Assembly (NCBI GenBank): GCA_963736115.1
Contig: CAVTNR010000022.1
Location: forward strand, 32,001 to 96,000
Reading direction: 5' to 3'
DNA: 64,000 bases
Source of the DNA: an uncultured bacterium
GTDB taxonomy: Bacteria; Zhuqueibacterota; QNDG01; DTFT01
This document shows, piece by piece, positions 1-9,279 of this stretch. The stretch's first letter is position 1; each line of letters opens with the position of its first letter. The translations under genes were made by a program, and so were the position numbers. Under the pieces are notes generated by a model. It made no database searches and was not told where the DNA came from. It saw only the letters and a program-made list of their open reading frames with translations.

Positions 1-333
1 ATTTTCGCCCTTTCGTCTTTTCCGTCCCTCCATCCGCCTGAAATGCTCGGGTTCAGACCCGGCGACAAGCTTCTGCACGGCCTCGTGTACGCGGTTTTCG
101 GATTTCTGCTCCTTCGAAGCGCCCGGGCCCTGATGAAGGGCGCTTTCCGGACGGCCGCCGCGGCCGCTGCGGCAGGCATTCTCTACGGTCTGACGGATGA
201 AGTCCACCAGGTTTTTGTGCCCGGCCGTCAAGCCGACCCGGCTGACTGGGCGGCGGACGCGGCCGGCGCGGTGCTCGGTGTTCTTCTGGCCGTTTGGCTC
301 CAGCGGCGGAAGGCCGGCGGAAAGGGCGCCTGA
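1..333 (+). CDS. VanZ-family membrane protein (5' partial)
   Basis: Motifs DKLLH..Y and DEVHQVFVPGRQAD..DW.AD are typical of VanZ. The frame is open back to base 1. Confidence 0.85.
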   Translation: MFALSSFPSLHPPEMLGFRPGDKLLHGLVYAVFGFLLLRSARALMKGAFRTAAAAAAAGILYGLTDEVHQVFVPGRQADPADWAADAAGAVLGVLLAVWLQRRKAGGKGA

Positions 334-456
334 GATCGAGCATTTTTCAGTTGACTTTTAGGCTAAAAATGATCAACTTAGCCTTAATCGTCCAGACACA
401 CACCTGCAGTCATCCGTCTGCAGTCATCCAAATGAAAATCAAGGAGGGTCCATCAT

Positions 457-606
457 ATGGCTGAAAAGGGATACTGTGTCAAATGCCGCAAGGAAAGCGA
501 AATGGTCGAGGCCCAGCAAGTCACGATGAAGAACGGCCGGCCTGCGGTGAAGGGGAAATGTGAAAAATGCGGAACCGGGATGTATAAAATCCTTTCCAAG
601 AAGTAG
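457..606 (+). CDS. 49-aa Zn-ribbon protein, DUF5679-like (absent from ORF track)
   Basis: Hand translation gives MAEKGYCVKCRKESEMVEAQQVTMKNGRPAVKGKCEKCGTGMYKILSKK, with two CxxC pairs. SD AAGGAGG at 441-447. Confidence 0.85.
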   Translation: MAEKGYCVKCRKESEMVEAQQVTMKNGRPAVKGKCEKCGTGMYKILSKK

Positions 607-629
607 AACTTTTTCAAGGAGGATCATGA

Positions 630-1865
630 ATGGTTGCGCTGCGGTTTGATGTCCGGGATCTGTTCCGGGCCCCGAGGGTCGCCTTCAGCTTCCAGCGGCT
701 GTGGATTCAGTTTCTCGGCCTGCTGGCCGCGATGGCCGGCTACATTGTCCTGACCTATCTCGCGCTGGTTTCCGCAGGCGCGGATTTCGGACTGGCGTGG
801 TCCCAATTCGGGCTCCTGCCTGTCGCGTCCGGGCAGCCTCTGCCCTGGGTTTCCAGGATTCTGGCCTGCCTCGCCATTCTCTGGCTGGCCGTGGTTCTGT
901 TCTGGACGGCCGTGGCCGTCTGCCGGGCCGTCTATATGCACCTCAAAGGCAACCATTTCTACACCTGGAAGGAAGCCGTCCGCTTCAGCCTGAAGAAGAA
1001 AGCCGGCGCCTCGGTCGCCACACCGGTGGCCATCGCCCTGATCATCCTGTTCACGGTGATCGGTGGCGTGGTGGTCGGTCTGTTCGGCCGTATTCCGTGG
1101 GGCGTGGGGGACGTCCTGGGTGTGGGTATTTCCCTGCTGTCCCCCATCTGGTTCGCCGCTTCGCTGTTCCTCGTTTTTCTCGGCCTGGCCCTCGCCGTGT
1201 CCCTTCTGCTCACGCCCTCCGTTCTGGCCACAACCGATGATGACGCCTTCGAGGGCATTTTTCAGAGTTTTTCAACCCTGGCGGCCCAGCCCTGGCGGAT
1301 CGCTCTCTACGGCCTCCTGCTGGCCGCGCTTTCCCTGATCGGGTTCGGCGTCCTGGCCTGGTTCGTGAAACAGGCCTGGATCGTCATGACGCGGGTGCTC
1401 TCGGCCGGCATGGGAGAAAAATACGCGGACATCTCGTATGCCGCGTCCTACCTGTTCCAGAACTGGATCTACCCGGCCGTTGAGTGGACGCGCCATATTC
1501 CCGCGTCCGTCTCCAGCGCCTGCTTCTTCTCATCTGATTTCGTCGGGGTCGACCTCCCCGCGGTCCAGACCGTGTCCGCTGTCGTGACAGCGGTTTTTCT
1601 CGCCGCGTTCGCGCTTGCGGTGGCGGCCTACCCGCTCGCCATACTCAACAGTGGCCTCTGCATCCTGTTCCTGGTCCTGAAAAAGAAGAAGGATGACGAA
1701 AACCTGCTCGAACGGAAGGACAAGGAAGAGGAGACCGGCGAGGAGGAAAACGAAGAAGCCGCTGAACCCGAGGCCGAACCGAAGAAGGCCGCGTCCAGAA
1801 AAGCGGCGCGCAAACCGGCGCGTTCCCGCGCCAAATCATCCGGACGGACCGCCAGAAAAAAATAA
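630..1865 (+). CDS. Multi-pass membrane protein with an acidic then K/R/A-rich C-terminal tail
   Basis: Several hydrophobic segments, SD AAGGAGG upstream, tail EEETGEEENEE...KKAASRKAARK. Confidence 0.8.
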   Translation: MVALRFDVRDLFRAPRVAFSFQRLWIQFLGLLAAMAGYIVLTYLALVSAGADFGLAWSQFGLLPVASGQPLPWVSRILACLAILWLAVVLFWTAVAVCRAVYMHLKGNHFYTWKEAVRFSLKKKAGASVATPVAIALIILFTVIGGVVVGLFGRIPWGVGDVLGVGISLLSPIWFAASLFLVFLGLALAVSLLLTPSVLATTDDDAFEGIFQSFSTLAAQPWRIALYGLLLAALSLIGFGVLAWFVKQAWIVMTRVLSAGMGEKYADISYAASYLFQNWIYPAVEWTRHIPASVSSACFFSSDFVGVDLPAVQTVSAVVTAVFLAAFALAVAAYPLAILNSGLCILFLVLKKKKDDENLLERKDKEEETGEEENEEAAEPEAEPKKAASRKAARKPARSRAKSSGRTARKK

Positions 1866-1884
1866 CGTGGAACCGTTTTCGATA

Positions 1885-2529
1885 ATGAAAAAGCGTCGGG
1901 TCTTTTCCGCCTGGCGCTTTTTTGTTCCCCCGCGCGCCGCATCCGCCGTTTCCGTCCCGCTCCTCGCGGCCGCGCTGACGGTCGCCGGATGCCGGAATCC
2001 CTTCTCACTGCGCACGCCTGAAGATCCGGAGCGGACCCGTTCGACCTGGATTCAGCCCCTCTATCCGGAGGCCGTGCTGGAGAATCTCCGGAGCGCCGTG
2101 CTGGAGCGGAACGCGGATCATTTTCTGAAATGTCTCGCGGATCCCGCCTATTCGACCCGGATCTACCGTTTCGAACCCGATCCCGAAACGGCCGCCGTTC
2201 ATCCGGAGGTATTCCGGTCCTGGAGCCGCGAGCGGGAGGAGTCGGTGATGCGCCAGTCTTTCTCTCTGGTGCCCGACGATTCCGTCTGCTCATTGACGTG
2301 GCGGGAGACGGTGCGGTCCTTCATCGCGGCCGATTCGGCCGTGTTCGTCTACCGCTACCGGCTGGATCTGCCGCACCGCAGCAGCGCGCCCGGACGCCGT
2401 CATGAAGGGCTGGCCGAGTTCCGGCTCGCGGAAGACGGCCGGGGAGAGTGGTCGGTTTTCCTGTGGATCGACCATGCGGAGTCCGCGGTTCCCCCTTGGA
2501 GCATGTTGAAGGCTTTTTTCGGAGGTTGA
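1885..2529 (+). CDS. Putative lipoprotein
   Basis: ATG at 1885 follows the previous stop. Basic N-terminus, hydrophobic stretch, lipobox VAG-C then RNPF. Confidence 0.65.
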   Translation: MKKRRVFSAWRFFVPPRAASAVSVPLLAAALTVAGCRNPFSLRTPEDPERTRSTWIQPLYPEAVLENLRSAVLERNADHFLKCLADPAYSTRIYRFEPDPETAAVHPEVFRSWSREREESVMRQSFSLVPDDSVCSLTWRETVRSFIAADSAVFVYRYRLDLPHRSSAPGRRHEGLAEFRLAEDGRGEWSVFLWIDHAESAVPPWSMLKAFFGG

Positions 2530-2533
2530 GGCG

Positions 2534-3691
2534 ATGGGTGCGACCCGCGTCTGGAAGCTGAGAATCAGACAATTCGTCCAGAGTTTCTGGTTTCCGCTCC
2601 TTCTGGTTCTGATTCTACTGGCGGCCGCCGTGGCGGTGCAGCGGCATTTTCAGAAAAAGGAGACGGCCGACGCCCTGCGTTCGTCACGAACCGGGATGGC
2701 CCAGCCGCCTCCCGGCCGCGGCGGGCCGAGAGACGGAATGGCGGACAGCCTAAAGAAGGCCGTCGAGGCGGTTCTGACCGCGGAGAATCTGGTCCGTAAA
2801 ACCGGCCCGTCGGACCGTCGGCCCCCGAAATGGACGGTGGAAGTGCCCGCCCGGATCCCCGTGCCGTCCGTGCATCAGCGCCTGCAGGAAGCCCTGCTCG
2901 CGTCCGGCGGGCAGGTGCTCTCCGCCATCAGCGATCCATCCACGGGGAACGTCGAACTGAGGGCCGGCGTGCCCGATTCCTGCCTGCTGGTGATCTCCCT
3001 GATCCGGGCGAAAGCCGCGCCGGCCGAATCGGGCCGCATCGCCGTGGTCATCGACGATTTCGGCGACCGGCGCGATTCGATGGTGGACGCCTTCCTGTCG
3101 ATCGGGACGCCCCTGACCGTTTCGGTGCTGGCCGGCCGGCGTCACAGCGCGGCCGTTTCGCGCGAAGCCGCGGAACGCGGCCACGAGGTCCTGCTCCATC
3201 TGATGATGGAGCCGCTGAGCGGAACCTACAAGGACGACGGATCGATCGTGCTGAAGGGCATGACGCCGTCCCGTATCCGGGAAGTGGTCGAGCGGTCGCT
3301 GGCGGACGTGCCGGGCGCGGTCGGCGTCAACAACCACATGGGGTCCAAGGCCACCCAGGACCGCGCCACGATGGCGCCGGTCCTGCAGGCGCTTCTGGAA
3401 CGCGGCCTTTTCTTCATGGACAGCTACACCATCGCCTCGAGCGTGGCCTATCCGCTCGCGGACGAAATGGGCGTGCGGTCCGCCCGGCGCGACGTTTTTC
3501 TCGATGTCGCGGACGGGGAAGCGGAAATACGAAAGGCCCTGTGGGCACTCGCCCGGCGGGCCGGAAAGAACGGCAGCGCGATCGGCATCGGCCACTGTCA
3601 CCGGGCCATGCTGGAGGCGCTCCGGGCGGAGATCCCGAACATCGAAGCCAGAGGATACCGGTTCGTTTTCCTGTCCGAACTGGTCCAATAA
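2534..3691 (+). CDS. Divergent polysaccharide deacetylase (YibQ family) with N-terminal TM anchor
   Basis: Motifs IAVVIDDFG, HEVLLHLMMEP, GVNNHMGS, FFMDS, RDVFLD, AIGIGH. Confidence 0.9.
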   Translation: MGATRVWKLRIRQFVQSFWFPLLLVLILLAAAVAVQRHFQKKETADALRSSRTGMAQPPPGRGGPRDGMADSLKKAVEAVLTAENLVRKTGPSDRRPPKWTVEVPARIPVPSVHQRLQEALLASGGQVLSAISDPSTGNVELRAGVPDSCLLVISLIRAKAAPAESGRIAVVIDDFGDRRDSMVDAFLSIGTPLTVSVLAGRRHSAAVSREAAERGHEVLLHLMMEPLSGTYKDDGSIVLKGMTPSRIREVVERSLADVPGAVGVNNHMGSKATQDRATMAPVLQALLERGLFFMDSYTIASSVAYPLADEMGVRSARRDVFLDVADGEAEIRKALWALARRAGKNGSAIGIGHCHRAMLEALRAEIPNIEARGYRFVFLSELVQ

Positions 3692-3706
3692 CCGGAGGAC
3701 TGCATC

Positions 3707-4420
3707 ATGGCAAAACTCGGCGTATGCATTGAACCCATTGCGCTGCTGCGGGACAGGGGGCGGATCGCCGACGCGGATCCCGTTCTGGCCTCGGTCTGGG
3801 CCGACCTGGGCGGCGCGGACCTGATCGTCTGCCCGCTCCGGGAGAGCCTGCACCCCCTGACCGACAGGGACGTGAAACTCATCAGAACGATGGTCAAACT
3901 GCCCGTGGAACTCCAGTTCTATCCGTCCGACACACTGGTCGGATTCGCGCCGACCGTTTCGCCCGAATGGATCACACTCGTGCCGGTGCGGCCGTCGGAC
4001 AATCCGGAAACGCCGCGTCCGGAGGGATCCGGACTGGTGGAGGACGTGGGCAAGGCCGTGCGGGAGCTGAAGTCGTCCGACCGGCGCGTGGGCCTGCGCA
4101 TCGAGCCGGAGATCGGCCAGGTGAAGGCCGCGGCTTCCATGGGGGTTGATTACGTGAAGTTCCGGATGGGCCGGCTGTCCGAGGCGCGGAGTCTGTCCGA
4201 GCGCGCGGAGGCGCTTGAATCCGCGGCTTCGCTGATTCTTGCGGCCGGCAAAATGGGATTGTCCGTCGCGCTGGAAGGCGATGTGGATTACCACAACGCG
4301 GCGGAATACTCCGGCCTGGGCAGGATCCATCATATCGCCGTGGGCGGCGCTATCGCCGGCCGCGCCCTGGCCGTGGGCATGGAACAGGCGGTGCGGGATA
4401 TGGCGGGGCTGGTTCACTGA
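3707..4420 (+). CDS. pdxJ: PdxJ-fold protein (PNP synthase homolog, catalytic residues degenerate)
   Basis: Pattern KLGV.I..IA.LR, DPV, GAD.I...LRE, D.DV, TLVP and 237-aa length fit PdxJ, but the key His/Glu residues are missing. Confidence 0.75.
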   Translation: MAKLGVCIEPIALLRDRGRIADADPVLASVWADLGGADLIVCPLRESLHPLTDRDVKLIRTMVKLPVELQFYPSDTLVGFAPTVSPEWITLVPVRPSDNPETPRPEGSGLVEDVGKAVRELKSSDRRVGLRIEPEIGQVKAAASMGVDYVKFRMGRLSEARSLSERAEALESAASLILAAGKMGLSVALEGDVDYHNAAEYSGLGRIHHIAVGGAIAGRALAVGMEQAVRDMAGLVH

Positions 4421-4425
4421 AAACA

Positions 4426-4562
4426 AGTTCATGGTTGATAGTTCATAGTTCATTGTTAAAAAATGTTCGTGGTTTACAGTTCATCATTCATTGTGAATAA
4501 ATAGATTCATGAGCGACAGATTTTTTTCTGAACTATGAACTATGAACCATGAACTATGAACT
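4426..4562. repeat. Inverted heptamer-array hairpin, RGTTCAT type, copy 1
   Basis: Left arm AGTTCATGGTTGATAGTTCATAGTTCATTGTT; right arm TGAACTATGAACTATGAACCATGAACTATGAACT. Confidence 0.9.
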
Positions 4563-4622
4563 GAAAATGTATCCGGAGTACGAAAACTGAAATCACTAAA
4601 AAACATTCCCGTCTGGCTGTCC

Positions 4623-6284
4623 TTGATCGGTCTGTGTTTTGCCTGCGCCAAGCAGGGCTTTCCGCCCGGCGGGCCGGAGGACAAAACGCCTCCCGCTGTG
4701 ACGGGGACGGCCCCCGGACAGGGCATGGTGAGCGTACCCCTGAGCGCAGCGGTTGAAATCCGCTTCAGCGAGCCGGTGAAACCGGGGCCGTCCGGAGAAG
4801 CGGTCTTCATCTCTCCCTTCGAGGGGCCGAACACAGTCGTGAAATGGAAGGGGAGTCGCCTCCGGATCCAATTCCGAAAACCGCTCAAGCCGAACTGCAC
4901 CTATGTGGTGACGTTGGGATCCTCGATCCGCGATTACCGTAACAATAAGATGGACTCCTCGTTCACGCTGGCATTCTCTACGGGCCCGGCGTTGGATCTC
5001 GGTGAAATCGCGGGCCGCGTGTACGCATCCGGGGATGCGGGCACGGATGTGTGGGCATACCGGCTGGACGGGATCGCGGACGGCGGCGCGGATCCGGATC
5101 CCGCGGTCCGGACTCCCGATTACATTGTCCAGGCTGCCGCGGACGGCGCCTTCCGCTTCAGGCATGTGGCGCCGGTCCGATACCGGCTGTTCGCGGTCCG
5201 CGACCGGGCGGGGGACCGGCTGTACCAGCCCGGAGAGGACGAGATCGGCGTACCGAGCCGGGACGTGGAGCCGGACCCCGGCGGCGCGCTCCGTGCGGAC
5301 AGCTGTTTTTTCCGGCCGACCAGGCGGGAGCAGGGCGTTCCCGCGCTTCAGGCGGTCACGGCAACGGACCGGAACCATCTGTCCGTCCGGTTCGACCGCT
5401 GGCTGACGTCCGCCGCCCCGATTCCGGAAAACGGCGTGATCATCGCCGCGGCCGCGGACTCCTCGGACCGTCTTGCGGTGCGGACCGCTTATTTGAACCG
5501 GGAGAATCCCCGCGAGCTTTTTGTCGTGACCGCGGACCAGGAGGAGAAGAAACCATACTGGTTTTTCCTGAGAACCGACTGGACCGCGATTCACCCGGAT
5601 ACGGCCTGGTGGAAGGCGTCGTTCACCGGCTCCGGACGCCCCGATACCACGCGGCCGAAAATCCTGAAATCATCGCCGGCATTCCGGGAACGCGCATTCA
5701 ACCCCCTGGCCCCGGTGCGACTGACCTTCGACGAGGCCATGGACACGGTCCGGTTTTTATCCGGATTTTCACTTTCGGACACATCCGGCCGTCCGGTTGA
5801 CGGCCTTATCCGGTGGGCCGATCCGGCGGAAGCGCACTTTACGCCTGCGGCCGCCTTCACCGGTCCGGCGGACTACGAGCTGAGATTGACGGGCGCGGGA
5901 GCCGCGGACGTCTGCGGCAACGCGCTCGCGGACACGCTCCTCCCTTTCCGCACATCGACCGCGGACACGTTTTCCGAGATCGCGGGAACGGTCCGCCTGT
6001 CCCGCCGGGGCCCGTCCGGGATTTTTATTGTCACCGCGGTTCAGGCCTCCGCGCCGGATGTCCGGTACACCGTCCGTGCGTCGGACAACGGCGGCTACCG
6101 GATACGCGAATGCCTGCCCGGACCGTACCTGCTGGATAGCTTTCTCGACCGCGACGGCAACGGCGCCTGGTCGGCCGGCGCGCCCTTTCCCTTCGAACCT
6201 TCGGAGCGTTTCGTCGTATACCGGGATACGGTGCAGGTGCGATCGCGCTGGCCGAATGAAGGCAATGACCTGACACTTCCGTAA
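4623..6284 (+). CDS. Ig-like (Big_5) domain lipoprotein
   Basis: FAC-AKQGFPPGGPEDKTPP N-terminus and two D.T.P...FSE/FDE Ig-like modules. Start is uncertain. Confidence 0.8.
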   Translation: MIGLCFACAKQGFPPGGPEDKTPPAVTGTAPGQGMVSVPLSAAVEIRFSEPVKPGPSGEAVFISPFEGPNTVVKWKGSRLRIQFRKPLKPNCTYVVTLGSSIRDYRNNKMDSSFTLAFSTGPALDLGEIAGRVYASGDAGTDVWAYRLDGIADGGADPDPAVRTPDYIVQAAADGAFRFRHVAPVRYRLFAVRDRAGDRLYQPGEDEIGVPSRDVEPDPGGALRADSCFFRPTRREQGVPALQAVTATDRNHLSVRFDRWLTSAAPIPENGVIIAAAADSSDRLAVRTAYLNRENPRELFVVTADQEEKKPYWFFLRTDWTAIHPDTAWWKASFTGSGRPDTTRPKILKSSPAFRERAFNPLAPVRLTFDEAMDTVRFLSGFSLSDTSGRPVDGLIRWADPAEAHFTPAAAFTGPADYELRLTGAGAADVCGNALADTLLPFRTSTADTFSEIAGTVRLSRRGPSGIFIVTAVQASAPDVRYTVRASDNGGYRIRECLPGPYLLDSFLDRDGNGAWSAGAPFPFEPSERFVVYRDTVQVRSRWPNEGNDLTLP

Positions 6285-6293
6285 GGAGAAGGA

Positions 6294-8390
6294 ATGACGG
6301 GGAAAGCGGCCGGAGGGAAACGTTTGTTCCGGAACTGGAGAACCGGATTCGCCGCCGGTATCGGCATTCTGGTTCTTGCGGCCCTGCTCCGTTTTCTGCC
6401 GGTCCACATCCCCTTTCTGGCCGAACAGGCCCGAGAGTGGGTGGTTGCCGCGGGACTGGTTTTTCTGCTTCTCAGGATACGGAAGCGGAATCCGTTCGGC
6501 GGTTGGAGCCTGGACCGGAAGATCCGCCTTTTCGGCCTGGGGCTTCTCGGGCTGGGGGCAACGGGCCGCTTGTTCTCCTCGCTGGAAAGCTGGACTTCGG
6601 GCGGATCCGCGGTTTTCCGGATTCTGGGTGCGTCTCTTTTACAGACCGGTTCAGCGATTCTGGTCACGGCCCTCGCCATCAGCCTGTTCGGGCTGTTCCG
6701 GGACCTGGTTTTCGTTCAGCAGGGCCGGCAGACGCAAAAGCTGTTCGCCGCATTCGAAGGGTCCGTGGTGCTCCGCCTGCTGTTCGCGCTGGTTCCTTCG
6801 ACGGACCGTGCCCTGTTTCCGGCTTCGTCTCAATGGACCGATAGCCCGAATCCGCCGCTGATTCTGACCGCCGGCCTGGCCGTGCTTCTCGGATTCCGCT
6901 GCAAATGGATTCCGTTTCTCAACAGGCGTTCGAAGACCGCGCTTTTTTTCCTGGGGCTTCCGGTGGCTGTTCTGTTCATGAGCCAGAGGGAATCCCTGAC
7001 CGAGGCCGTGTTCCCGTTCAGCGCGGCGGCGGTGACCGTGATTTCGTCGCTTCTGACCGCCTTCGGGGTTTACCTGGTCATTTCTCTCGTCAGCCTGCTC
7101 ATCCATCTGCCGACAGCCGGCCTGCTGGACCGGCGGATGCGCGAAGTGCGGTCCTTTCAGGAATTGAGCGCCGCGCTGGGCGCGGATCTCAAGAAAGACG
7201 CCCTGATTGAAAAAATTCCCGTGCTTGCCTGCCGGATGGTGGAGGCGGATACGGTCTGTCTCGAAATTGATGAGGGGGCAGGCTTCAGGCCGGCTTCGAT
7301 TCACAGGAACCGACCGGATTCGCCGGGCATGCCGCCCGAAACTCTGGCCGCCGGGATCCGGAAGCAGGTTCTCGAACGGGCGCGTCCGGTTCTGATGAAC
7401 GACGCGTCCCGGGGTATCCGGGGAAGAAAGGCCGCCGGGCCGTCACCCGGCTCCCTGCTCGCGGCGCCCGTGGCGTTTCAGTCCAGGGTGATCGGCGTCC
7501 TGTACGCGCTTAAGTCCGACTCCTTCGGCTTCGTCGAGGAAAGCCAGGGCCTGTTTCAGGCTTTCGCGCATCAGGCCGCGATTTCACTTCAGAACGCCGG
7601 ACTCGTCGAGCAGTCCATCACGCGGGAGAAGGCCGAGGAGGAACTCCGACTCGCGCATGAAGCGCAGATGCGTCTTCTGCCCCAGTCGATGCCGGCGGTG
7701 CGGGGTTTCGAACTGGATGGCGTCTGCGTCACCGCCAACGAGATCGGGGGCGATTTCTACGATGTCATCGCGGCCGGCCGCGACCGGATCGACATCGTCG
7801 TGGGAGATGTGTCCGGCAAGGGCGCGGCCGCGGCGTTCATCATGGCTGAAACCAAGGGCGCCATCCGGGCCCTGGCCGGCCGGTACCGCTCGCCGAAAGA
7901 CATCCTGTGCGAGCTGAACGGTTTTTTCAGGGATCAGAACGAGCCGGGCCTCTTTCTGACCATGGTGTACGCCATACTGACGCCTTCCCGGCGCCGGATC
8001 CGGATCGCCCGTGCGGGTCACTGCCCCGTCGGCCTGATCCGGAAGGGAGGGGTGAAGTGGCTGGAGCCGCGGGGACTGGGCCTGGGTCTGGCGGACGATC
8101 GGATTTTCCGCCCGGGCCTCCGCGAAAAGGAAATTGCGTTGACGCCGGGTGACCGGCTGTTCTTCTACACGGACGGCCTGGTTGAAGCGCGGAATGCCGC
8201 GGAAGAGGAATTCGGCGAAGACCGGCTGACGGGACTGCTGGCAGCGGCCCCGCCCTCCGATCCGGCGGCGGCGCTGGTCCGCTCGGTCATCGACCGGCTG
8301 GAAAAATTCACCCGCGGCGTCGCCCGGCATGACGACGTCACGGTTCTGGCTTTGCGGTGCGGCGTTCCGCGCCGGGGTTCAAAGGGTTAA
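6294..8390 (+). CDS. Membrane-bound GAF + PP2C (SpoIIE/RsbU-like) phosphatase
   Basis: N-terminal TMs, a GAF domain, and motifs IGGDFYD, GDVSGKG, AGH, YTDGLVEA, DDVT. Confidence 0.9.
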   Translation: MTGKAAGGKRLFRNWRTGFAAGIGILVLAALLRFLPVHIPFLAEQAREWVVAAGLVFLLLRIRKRNPFGGWSLDRKIRLFGLGLLGLGATGRLFSSLESWTSGGSAVFRILGASLLQTGSAILVTALAISLFGLFRDLVFVQQGRQTQKLFAAFEGSVVLRLLFALVPSTDRALFPASSQWTDSPNPPLILTAGLAVLLGFRCKWIPFLNRRSKTALFFLGLPVAVLFMSQRESLTEAVFPFSAAAVTVISSLLTAFGVYLVISLVSLLIHLPTAGLLDRRMREVRSFQELSAALGADLKKDALIEKIPVLACRMVEADTVCLEIDEGAGFRPASIHRNRPDSPGMPPETLAAGIRKQVLERARPVLMNDASRGIRGRKAAGPSPGSLLAAPVAFQSRVIGVLYALKSDSFGFVEESQGLFQAFAHQAAISLQNAGLVEQSITREKAEEELRLAHEAQMRLLPQSMPAVRGFELDGVCVTANEIGGDFYDVIAAGRDRIDIVVGDVSGKGAAAAFIMAETKGAIRALAGRYRSPKDILCELNGFFRDQNEPGLFLTMVYAILTPSRRRIRIARAGHCPVGLIRKGGVKWLEPRGLGLGLADDRIFRPGLREKEIALTPGDRLFFYTDGLVEARNAAEEEFGEDRLTGLLAAAPPSDPAAALVRSVIDRLEKFTRGVARHDDVTVLALRCGVPRRGSKG

Positions 8391-8402
8391 GGAGAGGAGC
8401 AC

Positions 8403-8753
8403 ATGGATCGTTTTGAAATCGCCACGCGTCACGCCGGCGCGGTGTCGGTGGTCAGCCTGAAGGGATACCTCGACGCCCATACGGCCCCGGAGTTCGAGCA
8501 GGTCCTGCAGGCGCTTGTGGACGAGAAGCACGTGCGCATCGTGGTCAACTGCGCGAGCCTGAATTACATCAGCAGCGCCGGGCTGGGCGTGTTCATGGGT
8601 TTCATCGAAAACGTGCGGTCCCAGAACGGTGACATCAAGCTGGCCGAACTGACCGACAAGGTGTTCCGCGTGTTTGACCTGCTGGGTTTTCCGGTTCTTT
8701 TCGAAATCCTCAAACGGGAAGAAGATGCCCTCGCGAAGTTCGAAAAACCGTAA
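8403..8753 (+). CDS. STAS anti-anti-sigma factor (RsbV/SpoIIAA-like)
   Basis: GYLDAHTAP and the phosphoserine motif YISSAGLGVF. Confidence 0.92.
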   Translation: MDRFEIATRHAGAVSVVSLKGYLDAHTAPEFEQVLQALVDEKHVRIVVNCASLNYISSAGLGVFMGFIENVRSQNGDIKLAELTDKVFRVFDLLGFPVLFEILKREEDALAKFEKP

Positions 8754-8781
8754 GACGCCGCCGGGTTCGTCCGGCGGATCG

Positions 8782-9273
8782 TTGAAGCGCGCTAAAAGCG
8801 CGCCCCGCGTCGGGCGTCCGCCGGCCGCCGGCCGCGGCGCGACCCGCCTGCGCGTGCCCGGCCTGACCGGGCGGCTGGAGGAGATCCGGACCTTCGTTTC
8901 GGGAATCGCGCGGAAGTCAGGTTTCGTCGAGGAGGAAGTGAACAAGATCGAACTCGCCGTGGATGAGGCTTGCTCGAACGTCATTGAGCATGCCTACGGG
9001 GAGGAACGGCCGGGGGACATTGACGTGGCCGTCCGGGCCGACCGGAACCGGCTCACGGTGACCGTGTCGGACACCGGGAAGAGTTTCCGGTTCGACGGCG
9101 TGCCCGTTCCCGACATGAAACAGTATCTTTCCGAGCTCCGGGTCGGCGGCCTGGGCATCTACCTGATGCGAATGCTGATGGATGACGTCACCTACCGGAC
9201 CCGGGCGGGCCGGAACGAACTCCGGATGGTGAAATACCGCGGCCGGACCAGTCCGTCCCGGGATAAAGACTGA
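8782..9273 (+). CDS. Anti-sigma factor / Ser kinase (RsbW-like)
   Basis: ELAVDEACSNVIEHAY, SDTG, GGLGIYLMRMLMDDV. TTG start chosen after the STAS stop (uncertain). Confidence 0.88.
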   Translation: MKRAKSAPRVGRPPAAGRGATRLRVPGLTGRLEEIRTFVSGIARKSGFVEEEVNKIELAVDEACSNVIEHAYGEERPGDIDVAVRADRNRLTVTVSDTGKSFRFDGVPVPDMKQYLSELRVGGLGIYLMRMLMDDVTYRTRAGRNELRMVKYRGRTSPSRDKD

Positions 9274-9279
9274 ACGCTG

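Noticed and set aside
2750-4453. Long antisense ORFs (also 30726-33008, 39843-41231, 41790-43166, 44159-45847, 46059-47543)
   Set aside because: They are shadows of well-supported genes on the opposite strand in high-GC DNA and have no recognisable motifs.
4426-4562. Heptamer arrays as CRISPR repeats
   Set aside because: The units are 7-nt tandem repeats without unique spacers, and no cas genes are present.
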